From a virus (lineage: Duplodnaviria > Caudoviricetes), in IMG/VR virus record IMGVR_UViG_3300020159_000747, positions 1 to 56,449 of that record: 56,449 bases of DNA. The stretch is one strand, 5' to 3'. The notes beneath the pieces were generated by a model. It searched no databases, had not been told where the DNA came from, and worked only from the letters and a program-made list of their open reading frames with translations. Below are positions 26,027 to 34,382 of the stretch, in pieces (within the stretch, counting starts at the first letter, position 1; each line of letters begins with the position of its first letter). A program made the position numbers and the translations under genes.

Positions 26027-26376
26027 TAAATGTGTCCTATGATTGTGTTTGGATTAAAACCGCCTGCTTGTACTTGTTTTGCTGCTTGAGTAGGACCATC
26101 TGCTCTTGGACTATTTACTCCAGCAACACCAGTTCCAGATTGAACAATTGGATAACCGCAATCATAGCAGCGTTTGCGAGACTCGGGGGTTGCCCCACCG
26201 TAGTTGTTACTTCCACATCCAGGACAACGTTCTGATAAAGGAACTGTTTGCTGAACTGTTGGGTATGAAGGAGGCTGTTGATAAACTGGTTGCTGTGGTT
26301 GAGCCTGTGGTGTTACAGGTTGAGGTCGCGGAGCGGGTGTGCCCCCTAATTTATTAGCCCACCAATTACTGCTCAT
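26026..26376 (-). CDS. Pro/Gln-rich zinc-ribbon protein
   Basis: CPGC...CYDCGYP. Confidence 0.7.
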   Translation of the reverse strand: MSSNWWANKLGGTPAPRPQPVTPQAQPQQPVYQQPPSYPTVQQTVPLSERCPGCGSNNYGGATPESRKRCYDCGYPIVQSGTGVAGVNSPRADGPTQAAKQVQAGGFNPNTIIGHI

Positions 26377-26869
26377 CGTCCTCTACCTTTCTGTAAGCCA
26401 GGTCAGTTGCGTGAACTTCCCCAGGCACTATTAAACCAATTTTCATGGCGCTTGACAAGCCCCCTAACAAAGATGAAAAACCAATCATCCTATACATCAT
26501 ATGCATCATTTCGGTTTCTCTTTCAATTTCTTTTTCTAAGAAACCGTCTGGCTCTCGTTTTTTAATCTCATCTACTTGCATAGCAACAATGACATCAGCA
26601 CCTAACTCTGCAATCGTAGATATAAAAGGTATTAGATATTCAATCTTATCTAAGCGTGAGTCGCTTTCACCCTCCTCATGCTCATGCCCCTCATCACTTA
26701 CTGGGTTCATACCTAGTAGTAATGCTAACTCGTTAGGGTGCTCAGCTAAATCTGTATCGTATAGATACCAACGCATTAGTGTACCTAGCGGTATTTCTTC
26801 TTTAAAATGCTCAAAAGATACATTAATTGGGTCACCATTTTTTTTAAAGAAACGACTAAACCAACTCAC
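26366..26869 (-). CDS. Hypothetical protein
   Basis: GTG start coupled to the polA stop. Confidence 0.7.
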   Translation of the reverse strand: MSWFSRFFKKNGDPINVSFEHFKEEIPLGTLMRWYLYDTDLAEHPNELALLLGMNPVSDEGHEHEEGESDSRLDKIEYLIPFISTIAELGADVIVAMQVDEIKKREPDGFLEKEIERETEMMHMMYRMIGFSSLLGGLSSAMKIGLIVPGEVHATDLAYRKVEDDEQ

Positions 26870-28836
26870 TTTGCTTCTCCCCATCGCTGGACTACCCTTA
26901 CGTCTGCAATAAGAGGTACCTCTAGTAGGTTGATGCCTTCCATGGCTTCTCTAATAGCTTCTTTAGTTTCATCAACAAGACTATCTGGAGTCAAAGTAAC
27001 AAGTTCATCGTGCACCGTTAACAAGATACTAGCCCCCTTAGGAATCATCTGATGAGCCCTAATCATAGCAAGCTTCATGATGTCAGCAGCAGACCCTTGA
27101 ATGCGTGTGTTGAACGCCTGACGCTCAGCTCCACCACGCTTTAGAAAATCTCTGGAGTTAATTTCAGGTAGGTAACGCTTACGTCCCATCAATGTGGAGA
27201 CGTACTGTTTACTTCTAGTAGCCCCAATAACCTTAATGCGATAGATATTTACGGACTTAAACTTATCCGCAAAGTCTCCTAGTAAAGTACGCGCTTCGGT
27301 AACAGTGCAACCAATAGAACGAGCAATCTTATCTGGACCTACTCCGTACGCCATAGATAAAACAAGAACCTTTCCAGCCTGACGGTTTACCTTCATGACG
27401 TCCCCAACAGTTGTATAGATGTCCCCACCCTCTACATAGTTTTTAACCATAGTTGGGTCCTTAGACATAGACGCAATGATGCGAGGTTCAATCTGTGAGT
27501 AGTCAGCGACCACTAGTTTGTATCCTGGCGGTGCATAAAACAAGTTACGGATAGCCTTACCGTGTGCGGTAGCGGGGTTAGGAACGTTCTGTAAGTTTGG
27601 GTTACGGCTAGAGAAGCGACCAGTCTCAGCTCCGTGTTGGATAAAGTCAGCGTGGATGCGCCCATCAACTAATAGGCTTTCTTTGTACTCTACTTTAGAT
27701 TTACCACCAACTGTACGAACAACGTCACCGCCCAGGTATGGGATTACGTATGTGCTCTGTAACTTATTTAAGTCTGCGTAGGTAAGCAAGGCGTGTACTA
27801 ACAAGTTCTTCTCACGGTAAGGCTCTAGGGCCTCGGCTGACACGGAGTAATCCATGTAGTCAAGGTCCATGCCTTTCATCTCTTTGTCTTGACCCTTTGC
27901 GGTAAGAATCTTTGGGCTTAGTCCCTGACCCCCATCAGACTTCTTGCTATATAAAAGATATTGTTTTTCCTGATTAGAGTTAATGTTAAACACGCGTCCA
28001 GCAATCTTATAAATCTCTGACCTAGCTTTTTCTATATCTATCTCTAGCTGAGTATTAAGTATGGCTAACTGCTCAGTATCAATAGGTGCGCCGTGCAGCT
28101 TCATATGACATAAGACCTCTAACACACCCATCTCTAGGTTCATGATGTTATCTAGGTCAGCTTCTGTAAGCTTTTTAGCCACTTCTTTCCATAGTAGGAA
28201 CGTGTACTTAGCATCTAAGTATGCGTATTTAGCCACAATGCTAAACGGGTGGACCTCGACCTGAGCACCAACACCCTTCTCCATTTCATAACCCAACTCA
28301 CGCTTTAAGCAATCGTCAAGGCCACACTTGTTTTTATTACGGTTGTCATATACAAATGAACCAACCATGGTGTCAAAATAAGGTCCTGTAGGTATTTTTT
28401 TATCTAGATACTTAGAGACGGAGCACAAGTCAAAGACTAAGTTGTGCCCTACTTTTAACTTGTCACTAAAAAATAAAGGTTTTAATGCTTCAAAGACTTC
28501 GGCTGGGAAGAGTTGTTCAGGAGCAGGGCCGAAAGTTTTAGTAGCTTTTTTGCGGTCACGAGAGTAATCACTCTCTCTAGCCTGTAAGCCCGCGAGAACG
28601 CGCTTCTCCCCTTGCCCCGTGAGTGGGAAGCTCTCTGATATAAATTCACCATTTGGGTGGCCCAACGGAATAACATCCCCGCGACCATGTGTCGCAAGGC
28701 TAATCCATAATACTTGGTTGACAACTGGGACTCCTCGTCTTGCTCCAACAGTTTCTACGTCAAAAGCAAAAGCATCTTGCTTAAGATAGTAAGCAACCAT
28801 CTCATCTAGTTGTTCTCTTGTTGTAATGATGTTCAA
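26866..28836 (-). CDS. polA: Family A DNA polymerase with 3'-5' exonuclease domain
   Basis: FDVET, HNLVFD, YAYLDA, TGRFSSRNPNLQN, DYSQIE, RQAGK...YG, VHDE; probable TTG start after AAGGGG. Confidence 0.93.
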   Translation of the reverse strand: MNIITTREQLDEMVAYYLKQDAFAFDVETVGARRGVPVVNQVLWISLATHGRGDVIPLGHPNGEFISESFPLTGQGEKRVLAGLQARESDYSRDRKKATKTFGPAPEQLFPAEVFEALKPLFFSDKLKVGHNLVFDLCSVSKYLDKKIPTGPYFDTMVGSFVYDNRNKNKCGLDDCLKRELGYEMEKGVGAQVEVHPFSIVAKYAYLDAKYTFLLWKEVAKKLTEADLDNIMNLEMGVLEVLCHMKLHGAPIDTEQLAILNTQLEIDIEKARSEIYKIAGRVFNINSNQEKQYLLYSKKSDGGQGLSPKILTAKGQDKEMKGMDLDYMDYSVSAEALEPYREKNLLVHALLTYADLNKLQSTYVIPYLGGDVVRTVGGKSKVEYKESLLVDGRIHADFIQHGAETGRFSSRNPNLQNVPNPATAHGKAIRNLFYAPPGYKLVVADYSQIEPRIIASMSKDPTMVKNYVEGGDIYTTVGDVMKVNRQAGKVLVLSMAYGVGPDKIARSIGCTVTEARTLLGDFADKFKSVNIYRIKVIGATRSKQYVSTLMGRKRYLPEINSRDFLKRGGAERQAFNTRIQGSAADIMKLAMIRAHQMIPKGASILLTVHDELVTLTPDSLVDETKEAIREAMEGINLLEVPLIADVRVVQRWGEAK

Positions 28837-28853
28837 TTGATACCCCTTAAGAG

Positions 28854-28900
28854 TCTGGGGAGCCATATTAGAAAGGGGATTAAGAACATGGCTCCCCAGA
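28854..28900 (-). other. 13-bp intergenic stem-loop with TCCCCTTT in the loop
   Basis: TCTGGGGAGCCAT / ATGGCTCCCCAGA between the ssb-like gene and polA. Confidence 0.65.
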
Positions 28901-28910
28901 ACGCTAGTTG

Positions 28911-29576
28911 TTAGAGAAGTGAGTTGGCGATTTCTTCAAGTTCCGCCCATGTGTGTTCCTTGATAACGGAACGTTCGAACGGCTTGACTTCGGCAACACC
29001 CTTTTCTGCCATGTCTGAATCGATTCCCCAGTCTTCCATGAGGTCGCGAGACTTAACTGCGTTGAGGTGATACACAGTTTGCTGCATCTTTCCAGTGCGG
29101 CTGATAGCCCAGTAGTTCTTGGTCAAAGGACCTTGTGGTGAGAACTCTGCTGCGTACAATGTTTTGTACAAGCGTGGGCTTGCGATAAGCATCTGACGTA
29201 CAACACCTGCTGGAGTAACCACTGCAATAGTGAATGCTCGCTTGTCCTCAGGCTTGCTGCCTAGCTTTACGCATAGTGGGTCGTTAGCCCCAAGTGATAC
29301 ATACGAGCGCTTGCCCACAGTTTTCTGCTGTAGGAAGTGTTGCTTGTAGATAGCAAAGGGACCATTCTGGTCAATGAACTTAACAATTGTGAACTCACCA
29401 TCAACAAACTTAAACTCTGTTGGGTAGTCACCTGCGGATACGGTGAGCTTTTCGGCTGCATCCCATCCTGATAGTACTGCGTTACTGCTTGATTGAGTCG
29501 GACGCTCATCAATTTGTGAGTCCACTGAGAACTCGTCTACTTTTGGAAGAAAATCTTCCGTGCGATTTATTGACAT
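28911..29576 (-). CDS. Single-stranded DNA-binding protein (gp32-like)
   Basis: IVKFID..PFAIYKQHF, YWAISRTG..QTVY; adjacent to the polymerase. Confidence 0.6.
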   Translation of the reverse strand: MSINRTEDFLPKVDEFSVDSQIDERPTQSSSNAVLSGWDAAEKLTVSAGDYPTEFKFVDGEFTIVKFIDQNGPFAIYKQHFLQQKTVGKRSYVSLGANDPLCVKLGSKPEDKRAFTIAVVTPAGVVRQMLIASPRLYKTLYAAEFSPQGPLTKNYWAISRTGKMQQTVYHLNAVKSRDLMEDWGIDSDMAEKGVAEVKPFERSVIKEHTWAELEEIANSLL

Positions 29577-29577
29577 A

Positions 29578-30051
29578 TCATTCCTTTGTTTCGTTTGTTT
29601 TAGCATCTTCGACTTGGATACGTTTCCAAGTATCAGCAATAGCATTTGTTAATTGCTGATTTGGCCAGTCTATACGTTTCACGTGCAAAACTCCAGACTT
29701 ACCAAACAGTTCAACAACTGCTTCTATCTGGGCCCGAGAGTACAGTCTCCGACCTTTATGGTCATCCCCGTTACGGTTCTTCTTTGTGGGAAGTCGGTAA
29801 GGTGATGGCGGTAGGTATCCCTCTTTAATCCATGTACGGACTGTTATTACAGGTCTTCCTAACGCTTGTGCGAGAGCGCCAATGGTATAGAACTCTATGT
29901 CCTTACCATTAGGTAGAGTCTTTTTATAGGATTTTGTATCCCATGTATCTGGAACATCTACCTCGGGTTTTTTTGATTCCCGACGCTTTCGTTTACTGTT
30001 TGGATAATAAGTATCCAAATCAGAAAACATCTTATCTATCTCGTCTGACAT
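29578..30051 (-). CDS. MerR-like HTH DNA-binding protein
   Basis: YTIGALAQALGRPVITVRTWIKEGYLP...RRLYSRAQI. Confidence 0.78.
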   Translation of the reverse strand: MSDEIDKMFSDLDTYYPNSKRKRRESKKPEVDVPDTWDTKSYKKTLPNGKDIEFYTIGALAQALGRPVITVRTWIKEGYLPPSPYRLPTKKNRNGDDHKGRRLYSRAQIEAVVELFGKSGVLHVKRIDWPNQQLTNAIADTWKRIQVEDAKTNETKE

Positions 30052-30060
30052 TTAAGCCTA

Positions 30061-30471
30061 TTACTTTCCTACGATAAATGCATAAGTAACTTTAGATGGG
30101 AACATTGTGTCAATGTCATCCTCTGTTAAATACCCCTCATAGAAAGCAGCCATGATTGCTGCTTCATCAATTTGTGGAACCATCTTAATACACTTATCGC
30201 GGATACCTTTTTTAGTAAGGATATCTTCTGCTACATCCATGTCTAGGTTTTTTGCAACACGACGTTGCTTCATAATAGTTACATCTTGTTCCTCTGACAT
30301 CTCTGCAGGGACTGTAAGAACGATGTGACCGCGTTCATCGGCGGCGCCAAACTCATCAATAGACTGAGTTAGTCGACCTTTAATTTCTGTTTGTCTTTTA
30401 CTTAAAAAATCTACTTCATCTTTAAGTTTTTGATATTGATTAATAAACGAGCGGATAGCTGTTGTATCCAT
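30061..30471 (-). CDS. Hypothetical protein with N-terminal coiled coil
   Basis: 136 aa, AGGGG RBS. Confidence 0.7.
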   Translation of the reverse strand: MDTTAIRSFINQYQKLKDEVDFLSKRQTEIKGRLTQSIDEFGAADERGHIVLTVPAEMSEEQDVTIMKQRRVAKNLDMDVAEDILTKKGIRDKCIKMVPQIDEAAIMAAFYEGYLTEDDIDTMFPSKVTYAFIVGK

Positions 30472-30501
30472 GAAAATCCCCTATCTGTTGAACTTGGTTA
30501 T

Positions 30502-30531
30502 AACCTAATACCAAGTCCTAGGGTCTGTCAA
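30502..30531 (-). promoter_or_regulatory. Housekeeping-sigma-type promoter
   Basis: TTGACA(30531-26)-18 nt-TAGGTT(30507-02). Confidence 0.65.
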
Positions 30532-30535
30532 CTTA

Positions 30536-30679
30536 CTATTTGGCGTTGTTAGCCTTGATGCCTCTGTAGCCAGTTTTCTTCTTGTTCATGCTACCAGGCT
30601 TCTTATAACCAGAGCCATTGGGAGTTGACGCTTGACGCTGAGCCAGGGCCTTGGCAATCTTATCGTGGTGCTTGCCCAT
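30536..30679 (-). CDS. Small basic protein (47 aa)
   Basis: MGKHHDKIAKALAQRQASTPNGSGYKKPGSMNKKKTGY... Confidence 0.6.
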   Translation of the reverse strand: MGKHHDKIAKALAQRQASTPNGSGYKKPGSMNKKKTGYRGIKANNAK

Positions 30680-30680
30680 G

Positions 30681-30824
30681 TTACTTGTTAAGGTAATCTT
30701 CTAGCGCCTTAATAATTACGCTGGTAACTGTAATCTTTTCTGCCTTAGCCTTCTTCTGGACAGCAGTCCAAAGGCTATCAGAGACGCGGATAGTACGCGT
30801 TGGTGTCTTAGGTGCGTTAGGCAT
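30681..30824 (-). CDS. Ribbon-helix-helix DNA-binding protein
   Basis: TPTRTIRVSDSLWTAVQKKA...TSVIIKALEDYL; leaderless TATACT-N6-ATG. Confidence 0.8.
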   Translation of the reverse strand: MPNAPKTPTRTIRVSDSLWTAVQKKAKAEKITVTSVIIKALEDYLNK

Positions 30825-30866
30825 CCTACAAGTATACCTGCCCAACGATAATCGTTGGGTGTAAAG

Positions 30867-30937
30867 CTCCCACCCATGGATTCGAACCACGATAGACGCC
30901 TCCAGAGGGCGCCGTCCTGCCGTTAGACGAGGTGGGA
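30867..30937 (-). tRNA. tRNA-Gln(CTG)
   Basis: TCCCACC acceptor, anticodon loop CT-CTG-GA, GGTTCGAATCC; no encoded CCA. Confidence 0.9.
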
Positions 30938-30938
30938 C

Positions 30939-31014
30939 TGGAGCGGTTGACGAGGCTCGAACTCGCGACCTGCACCTTGGCAAGGTGCCGCTCTACCAAC
31001 TGAGCTACAACCGC
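30939..31014 (-). tRNA. tRNA-Gly(GCC)
   Basis: GCGGTTG...TT-GCC-AA...GTTCGAG...TCCA. Confidence 0.95.
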
Positions 31015-31018
31015 ATTG

Positions 31019-31091
31019 CTGCCCCACCTGGGCTCGAACCAGGGACCTAGCGATTAACAGTCGCTCGCTCTGCCAGCTGAGCTATAGGGCA
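31019..31091 (-). tRNA. tRNA-Asn(GTT)
   Basis: TGCCCTA...CT-GTT-AA...GGTTCGAGCC...TGGGGCAG. Confidence 0.92.
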
Positions 31092-32681
31092 TTAAACATT
31101 TGCTGCAAGTAAAAATTGTCTTAAACTACCAACACTCAATGGTACCCCACCATCTTCTGTCATACCAGTGCCGTCAATGATAGCGCTAGCAACAGAGTTT
31201 TTCTGTTGCAGCGCCTCATGTTGACGTTCTTCAATTGAGCCAGCGATAAGAATATCTTGGATTACGATTGTGGGCCACGTGGAGGACGCTCTTTGAATAC
31301 GACCATTCCTTTGCGTAGCGTTTCCTGAACTCCAAGGTAAATCATAGTTGATAAGAAGGTTAGCAGCAGGGAGGTCCACACCGTAGCCCCCAGCATCAGA
31401 GCTAACAAGAACACGAATAGTGGGGTCAGTGTTGAAGGCAATTTTATTTTCTTCTTTAGTTTTAGCATCTAGTTTTCCCGAGTACTTTCTACACATGTCA
31501 ACGCCCAGTGCGTCAACGACTTTATCTAACATATCAACATAGGTAGCAAATATAACTACCTTGTTGTCTTCGCTCTGTTCTAGGTGGTCTTTTACATATT
31601 GAACTAGGTAATCTAATTTAGGAGAGTTAGTTAATCCATCTAACTTACCAGTGTCTACAAGCTCGGCAATATAAGCTGAGCCTTCTCCACCCATTTGTTT
31701 AAACTTTTTAGCGCTAGTTGTTAACAACTCTGGGTGAGAACACAGCATTTTTAATGCGCCAATCTTAGACATAATCTTGCCACGCATCTCGTCTTCTGGA
31801 CCACCCCTACGAGACTCAACACCGTAGTGAGCTAAAAGATTAAAGTTGTGCCCAAATAAATCTTGAGCTTCGTCTAAGTCACTGATTAAATCAGCAGTTA
31901 TTTGGCTGTATAGCTTAGAAGCTTTGCGGTCAAAGACAATCTTTATAGGGTCTTTGTGGATAGTGTCTGGAAGATAGGGAGCAACATCGGGGTCTTTCTG
32001 AGCTTTACGTACAGAAGCCTCTTTCATCTTCTCGTGCAAAGTCTTTAAGTTACGGTAGTACTGTGGCGCACCCCAAGAATTTCTTACAATAAAAGCGGCA
32101 TCAAAGATGTCAAACCTACCAAGTACGTTGGCGTCAACGAACTGCATAATGCTGTACAGCTCTTCAGGCTTACCGTTTTCAATTGGAGTACCAGTGAGTG
32201 CAAATCTAAATGGCGCATTTACTAACTTCTTTACTGCTCGGGAGCGTTTGGATTTAAAAGACTTGATGGCTGTGGCTTCGTCAAGGACGACAAATCCTCG
32301 TGGTAATTCCTTGATGGTATCCCAGTCGTTAACAACTTGCTCATAGTTAAGGACAATGTAATCAACCCCTGTATTCCGCCAGTCCATTGCTTCGGCGTAT
32401 TGTTCTGCACGTTTCTTCGGCGTTCCATCAATGACCAGAGCTTTAGAAGTTCCATTGGTAAATTTCTCAATCTGATTAGCCCATTGGTATTTGAGGCTAG
32501 ACAGACAAATTATAAGCCCTGGTTCAGTAATTCGGCTAGCATCCATCAAACGTTCTATAGCCGCAATAGTCAAGACAGTCTTACCCAAACCAAGGTCATA
32601 GGCAACCAACATCTTCTGACGCTCGCACATGCGGTCGACAGCCTCAGGCTGGTAAGGCAGAAGGGTTCCTGTAAATGTCAC
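31092..32681 (-). CDS. SNF2-family helicase
   Basis: DLGLGKT, LDEA, LTGTPIEN, GGYGVDL, QRNGRIQR. Confidence 0.88.
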   Translation of the reverse strand: MTFTGTLLPYQPEAVDRMCERQKMLVAYDLGLGKTVLTIAAIERLMDASRITEPGLIICLSSLKYQWANQIEKFTNGTSKALVIDGTPKKRAEQYAEAMDWRNTGVDYIVLNYEQVVNDWDTIKELPRGFVVLDEATAIKSFKSKRSRAVKKLVNAPFRFALTGTPIENGKPEELYSIMQFVDANVLGRFDIFDAAFIVRNSWGAPQYYRNLKTLHEKMKEASVRKAQKDPDVAPYLPDTIHKDPIKIVFDRKASKLYSQITADLISDLDEAQDLFGHNFNLLAHYGVESRRGGPEDEMRGKIMSKIGALKMLCSHPELLTTSAKKFKQMGGEGSAYIAELVDTGKLDGLTNSPKLDYLVQYVKDHLEQSEDNKVVIFATYVDMLDKVVDALGVDMCRKYSGKLDAKTKEENKIAFNTDPTIRVLVSSDAGGYGVDLPAANLLINYDLPWSSGNATQRNGRIQRASSTWPTIVIQDILIAGSIEERQHEALQQKNSVASAIIDGTGMTEDGGVPLSVGSLRQFLLAANV

Positions 32682-32917
32682 AGAGGTATCTCGTTAACTC
32701 TATCTTTAGACCAATGGATATAAGACCTAATATAGACAAGAGCGTAGGCAAGAGCAGAGAAGATAAAACCGTACTGGTCAGTAGTTAGCGCGTAACCAAT
32801 CCACAAGACTTCGTTAAAAAGAAGCACTAGCCAGCCCCAAATAGTTTTACGTCCAACAAAGTAAATCCCGCCAACGCCTATAACAGCAAGGACCCAGGAC
32901 CCATACTCCATAATCAT
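32678..32917 (-). CDS. Small PnuC-like membrane protein
   Basis: Three hydrophobic segments, GRKTIWGWLV. Confidence 0.55.
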   Translation of the reverse strand: MIMEYGSWVLAVIGVGGIYFVGRKTIWGWLVLLFNEVLWIGYALTTDQYGFIFSALAYALVYIRSYIHWSKDRVNEIPL

Positions 32918-33456
32918 GAGTACCCTCTCATTCTAGTTTGTATAAGAATCTTAAGGTCATCAAGGGTGCCGTTGTTAAGAAATATCTGGTTAACCTTTTC
33001 ACCATCCATAGCAGTCTCTGACGCGTGAGCGTTTACTGGGATGACTCCACTGCGCTTTATGCGCCAAATCTGTGAGTTGTCGTAGTCTCTAATAGCCTTA
33101 GCTTCGTTTGGGTACCTAACATCCGTAATAACATAGTTAACTTCTCCAAACAACTGAAGTTCATTTAATGCTTGCTTTACCCAAAACATATCACCAAAAG
33201 TTTTACGAGCGCCTACACCTAAACTTTGTAACATAGTGCGAATTTCTGGGAAAGCAGTCTTGGCAACATCCCAACCATAACTGTCAACGACGGGCTGAAC
33301 CCTATACCCGCCATCTTTAACTATAGGGTTCATCTCATAAAGAAGTTTGCGAATAGGGTCTGCAAAAGCGATACGTGTATAGCCATAGTGTTTAACAAGG
33401 ATGTCAGCAACAGAGTCTTTGCCAGACTGAGCATAACCTGTAAGTCCAATAATCAT
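32914..33456 (-). CDS. Deoxynucleoside monophosphate kinase
   Basis: IIGLTGYAQSGKD, FADP, LQSLG, ITDVRYPNE, HASE. Confidence 0.88.
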   Translation of the reverse strand: MIIGLTGYAQSGKDSVADILVKHYGYTRIAFADPIRKLLYEMNPIVKDGGYRVQPVVDSYGWDVAKTAFPEIRTMLQSLGVGARKTFGDMFWVKQALNELQLFGEVNYVITDVRYPNEAKAIRDYDNSQIWRIKRSGVIPVNAHASETAMDGEKVNQIFLNNGTLDDLKILIQTRMRGYS

Positions 33457-34382
33457 CGAAGCGCCTTCTTTCCATGAACCATGTGACGAGCCTTCTCTAA
33501 GCCGTACTGTATCTCGGCTTTGCTCATTCCGCCAACATCTTTCATTTCAGTCTGCTCATAATTAAAGAACCAAGCTTCCTTGCCGTACTCTTGACAAAGA
33601 ATTAACAGGTTTACGGACGACTCACGCCCAGACGTGTCATTGTCCATAGCAAAAATAACCCTATCGGCTCCTCTAATAACATTAAACTGTTGCATAGATA
33701 CTATTGAACCGTAAGTACTAACCCCACCTTTAATCCCTACAGATGCTAAACGAACAACATCTAACGGCGACTCAACAACAATCATGTCTCCGCCTGTGTA
33801 TTGTTTAAAACCAAATAAGGAATTACTTTTCTGTACGCCAGTAGGTTGGTTTCTAAAAAACCTAGACTTGTGACCCTTCTCCTGCCATCCCAAAAGCTTG
33901 TGGGTATATGGGTCGCGTATAACAGTAATCCAATTGCTGTGTCGGTTGTCCCACAGAACTTCGTAGTCTGCTGCCGCAGACGCTGCTAAACCTCTAGCCT
34001 TTAATGCTTCCTCTGGTGGCGTACCAAACGCAGATAACATTGACTCAGTTATATAAGTCAGCTCTTCAAATACTTTTTTAGGCTTTACTGCTTTTTGTAA
34101 TGCAGCACTAAGATTTGTTGTTCCATCTTCAAGCCACTCTTTAGATTTGTCGAAGTCCCATTTTTGAATATAAGAGACCAGGGACAACAACCCACCTTTG
34201 AAGTGGCATGAAAAACAGATATGAGCACCTGTGTCTGAGTTAATCCACCACGACGGGTTACGGTCTTCGTGACCTGTACGCTCAACGTGTGCTGGGCAAT
34301 AGCCTTGGATTTCGGAACCTCTAGTAGAGACAACTTCAATACCTAACCTTTCGAGTGTGTCTTCCATTTCCTCTATGGTCAT
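33453..34382 (-). CDS. dnaG: DNA primase (CHC2 zinc finger + TOPRIM)
   Basis: CPAH...CFSC; VVESPLD; MDNDTSG. Confidence 0.85.
   Translation of the reverse strand: MTIEEMEDTLERLGIEVVSTRGSEIQGYCPAHVERTGHEDRNPSWWINSDTGAHICFSCHFKGGLLSLVSYIQKWDFDKSKEWLEDGTTNLSAALQKAVKPKKVFEELTYITESMLSAFGTPPEEALKARGLAASAAADYEVLWDNRHSNWITVIRDPYTHKLLGWQEKGHKSRFFRNQPTGVQKSNSLFGFKQYTGGDMIVVESPLDVVRLASVGIKGGVSTYGSIVSMQQFNVIRGADRVIFAMDNDTSGRESSVNLLILCQEYGKEAWFFNYEQTEMKDVGGMSKAEIQYGLEKARHMVHGKKALR

Noticed and set aside
30825-30983. N-terminal extension of the 100 aa ORF 30681..30983
   Set aside because: It overlaps tRNA-Gln and tRNA-Gly; the true start is the leaderless ATG at 30824.
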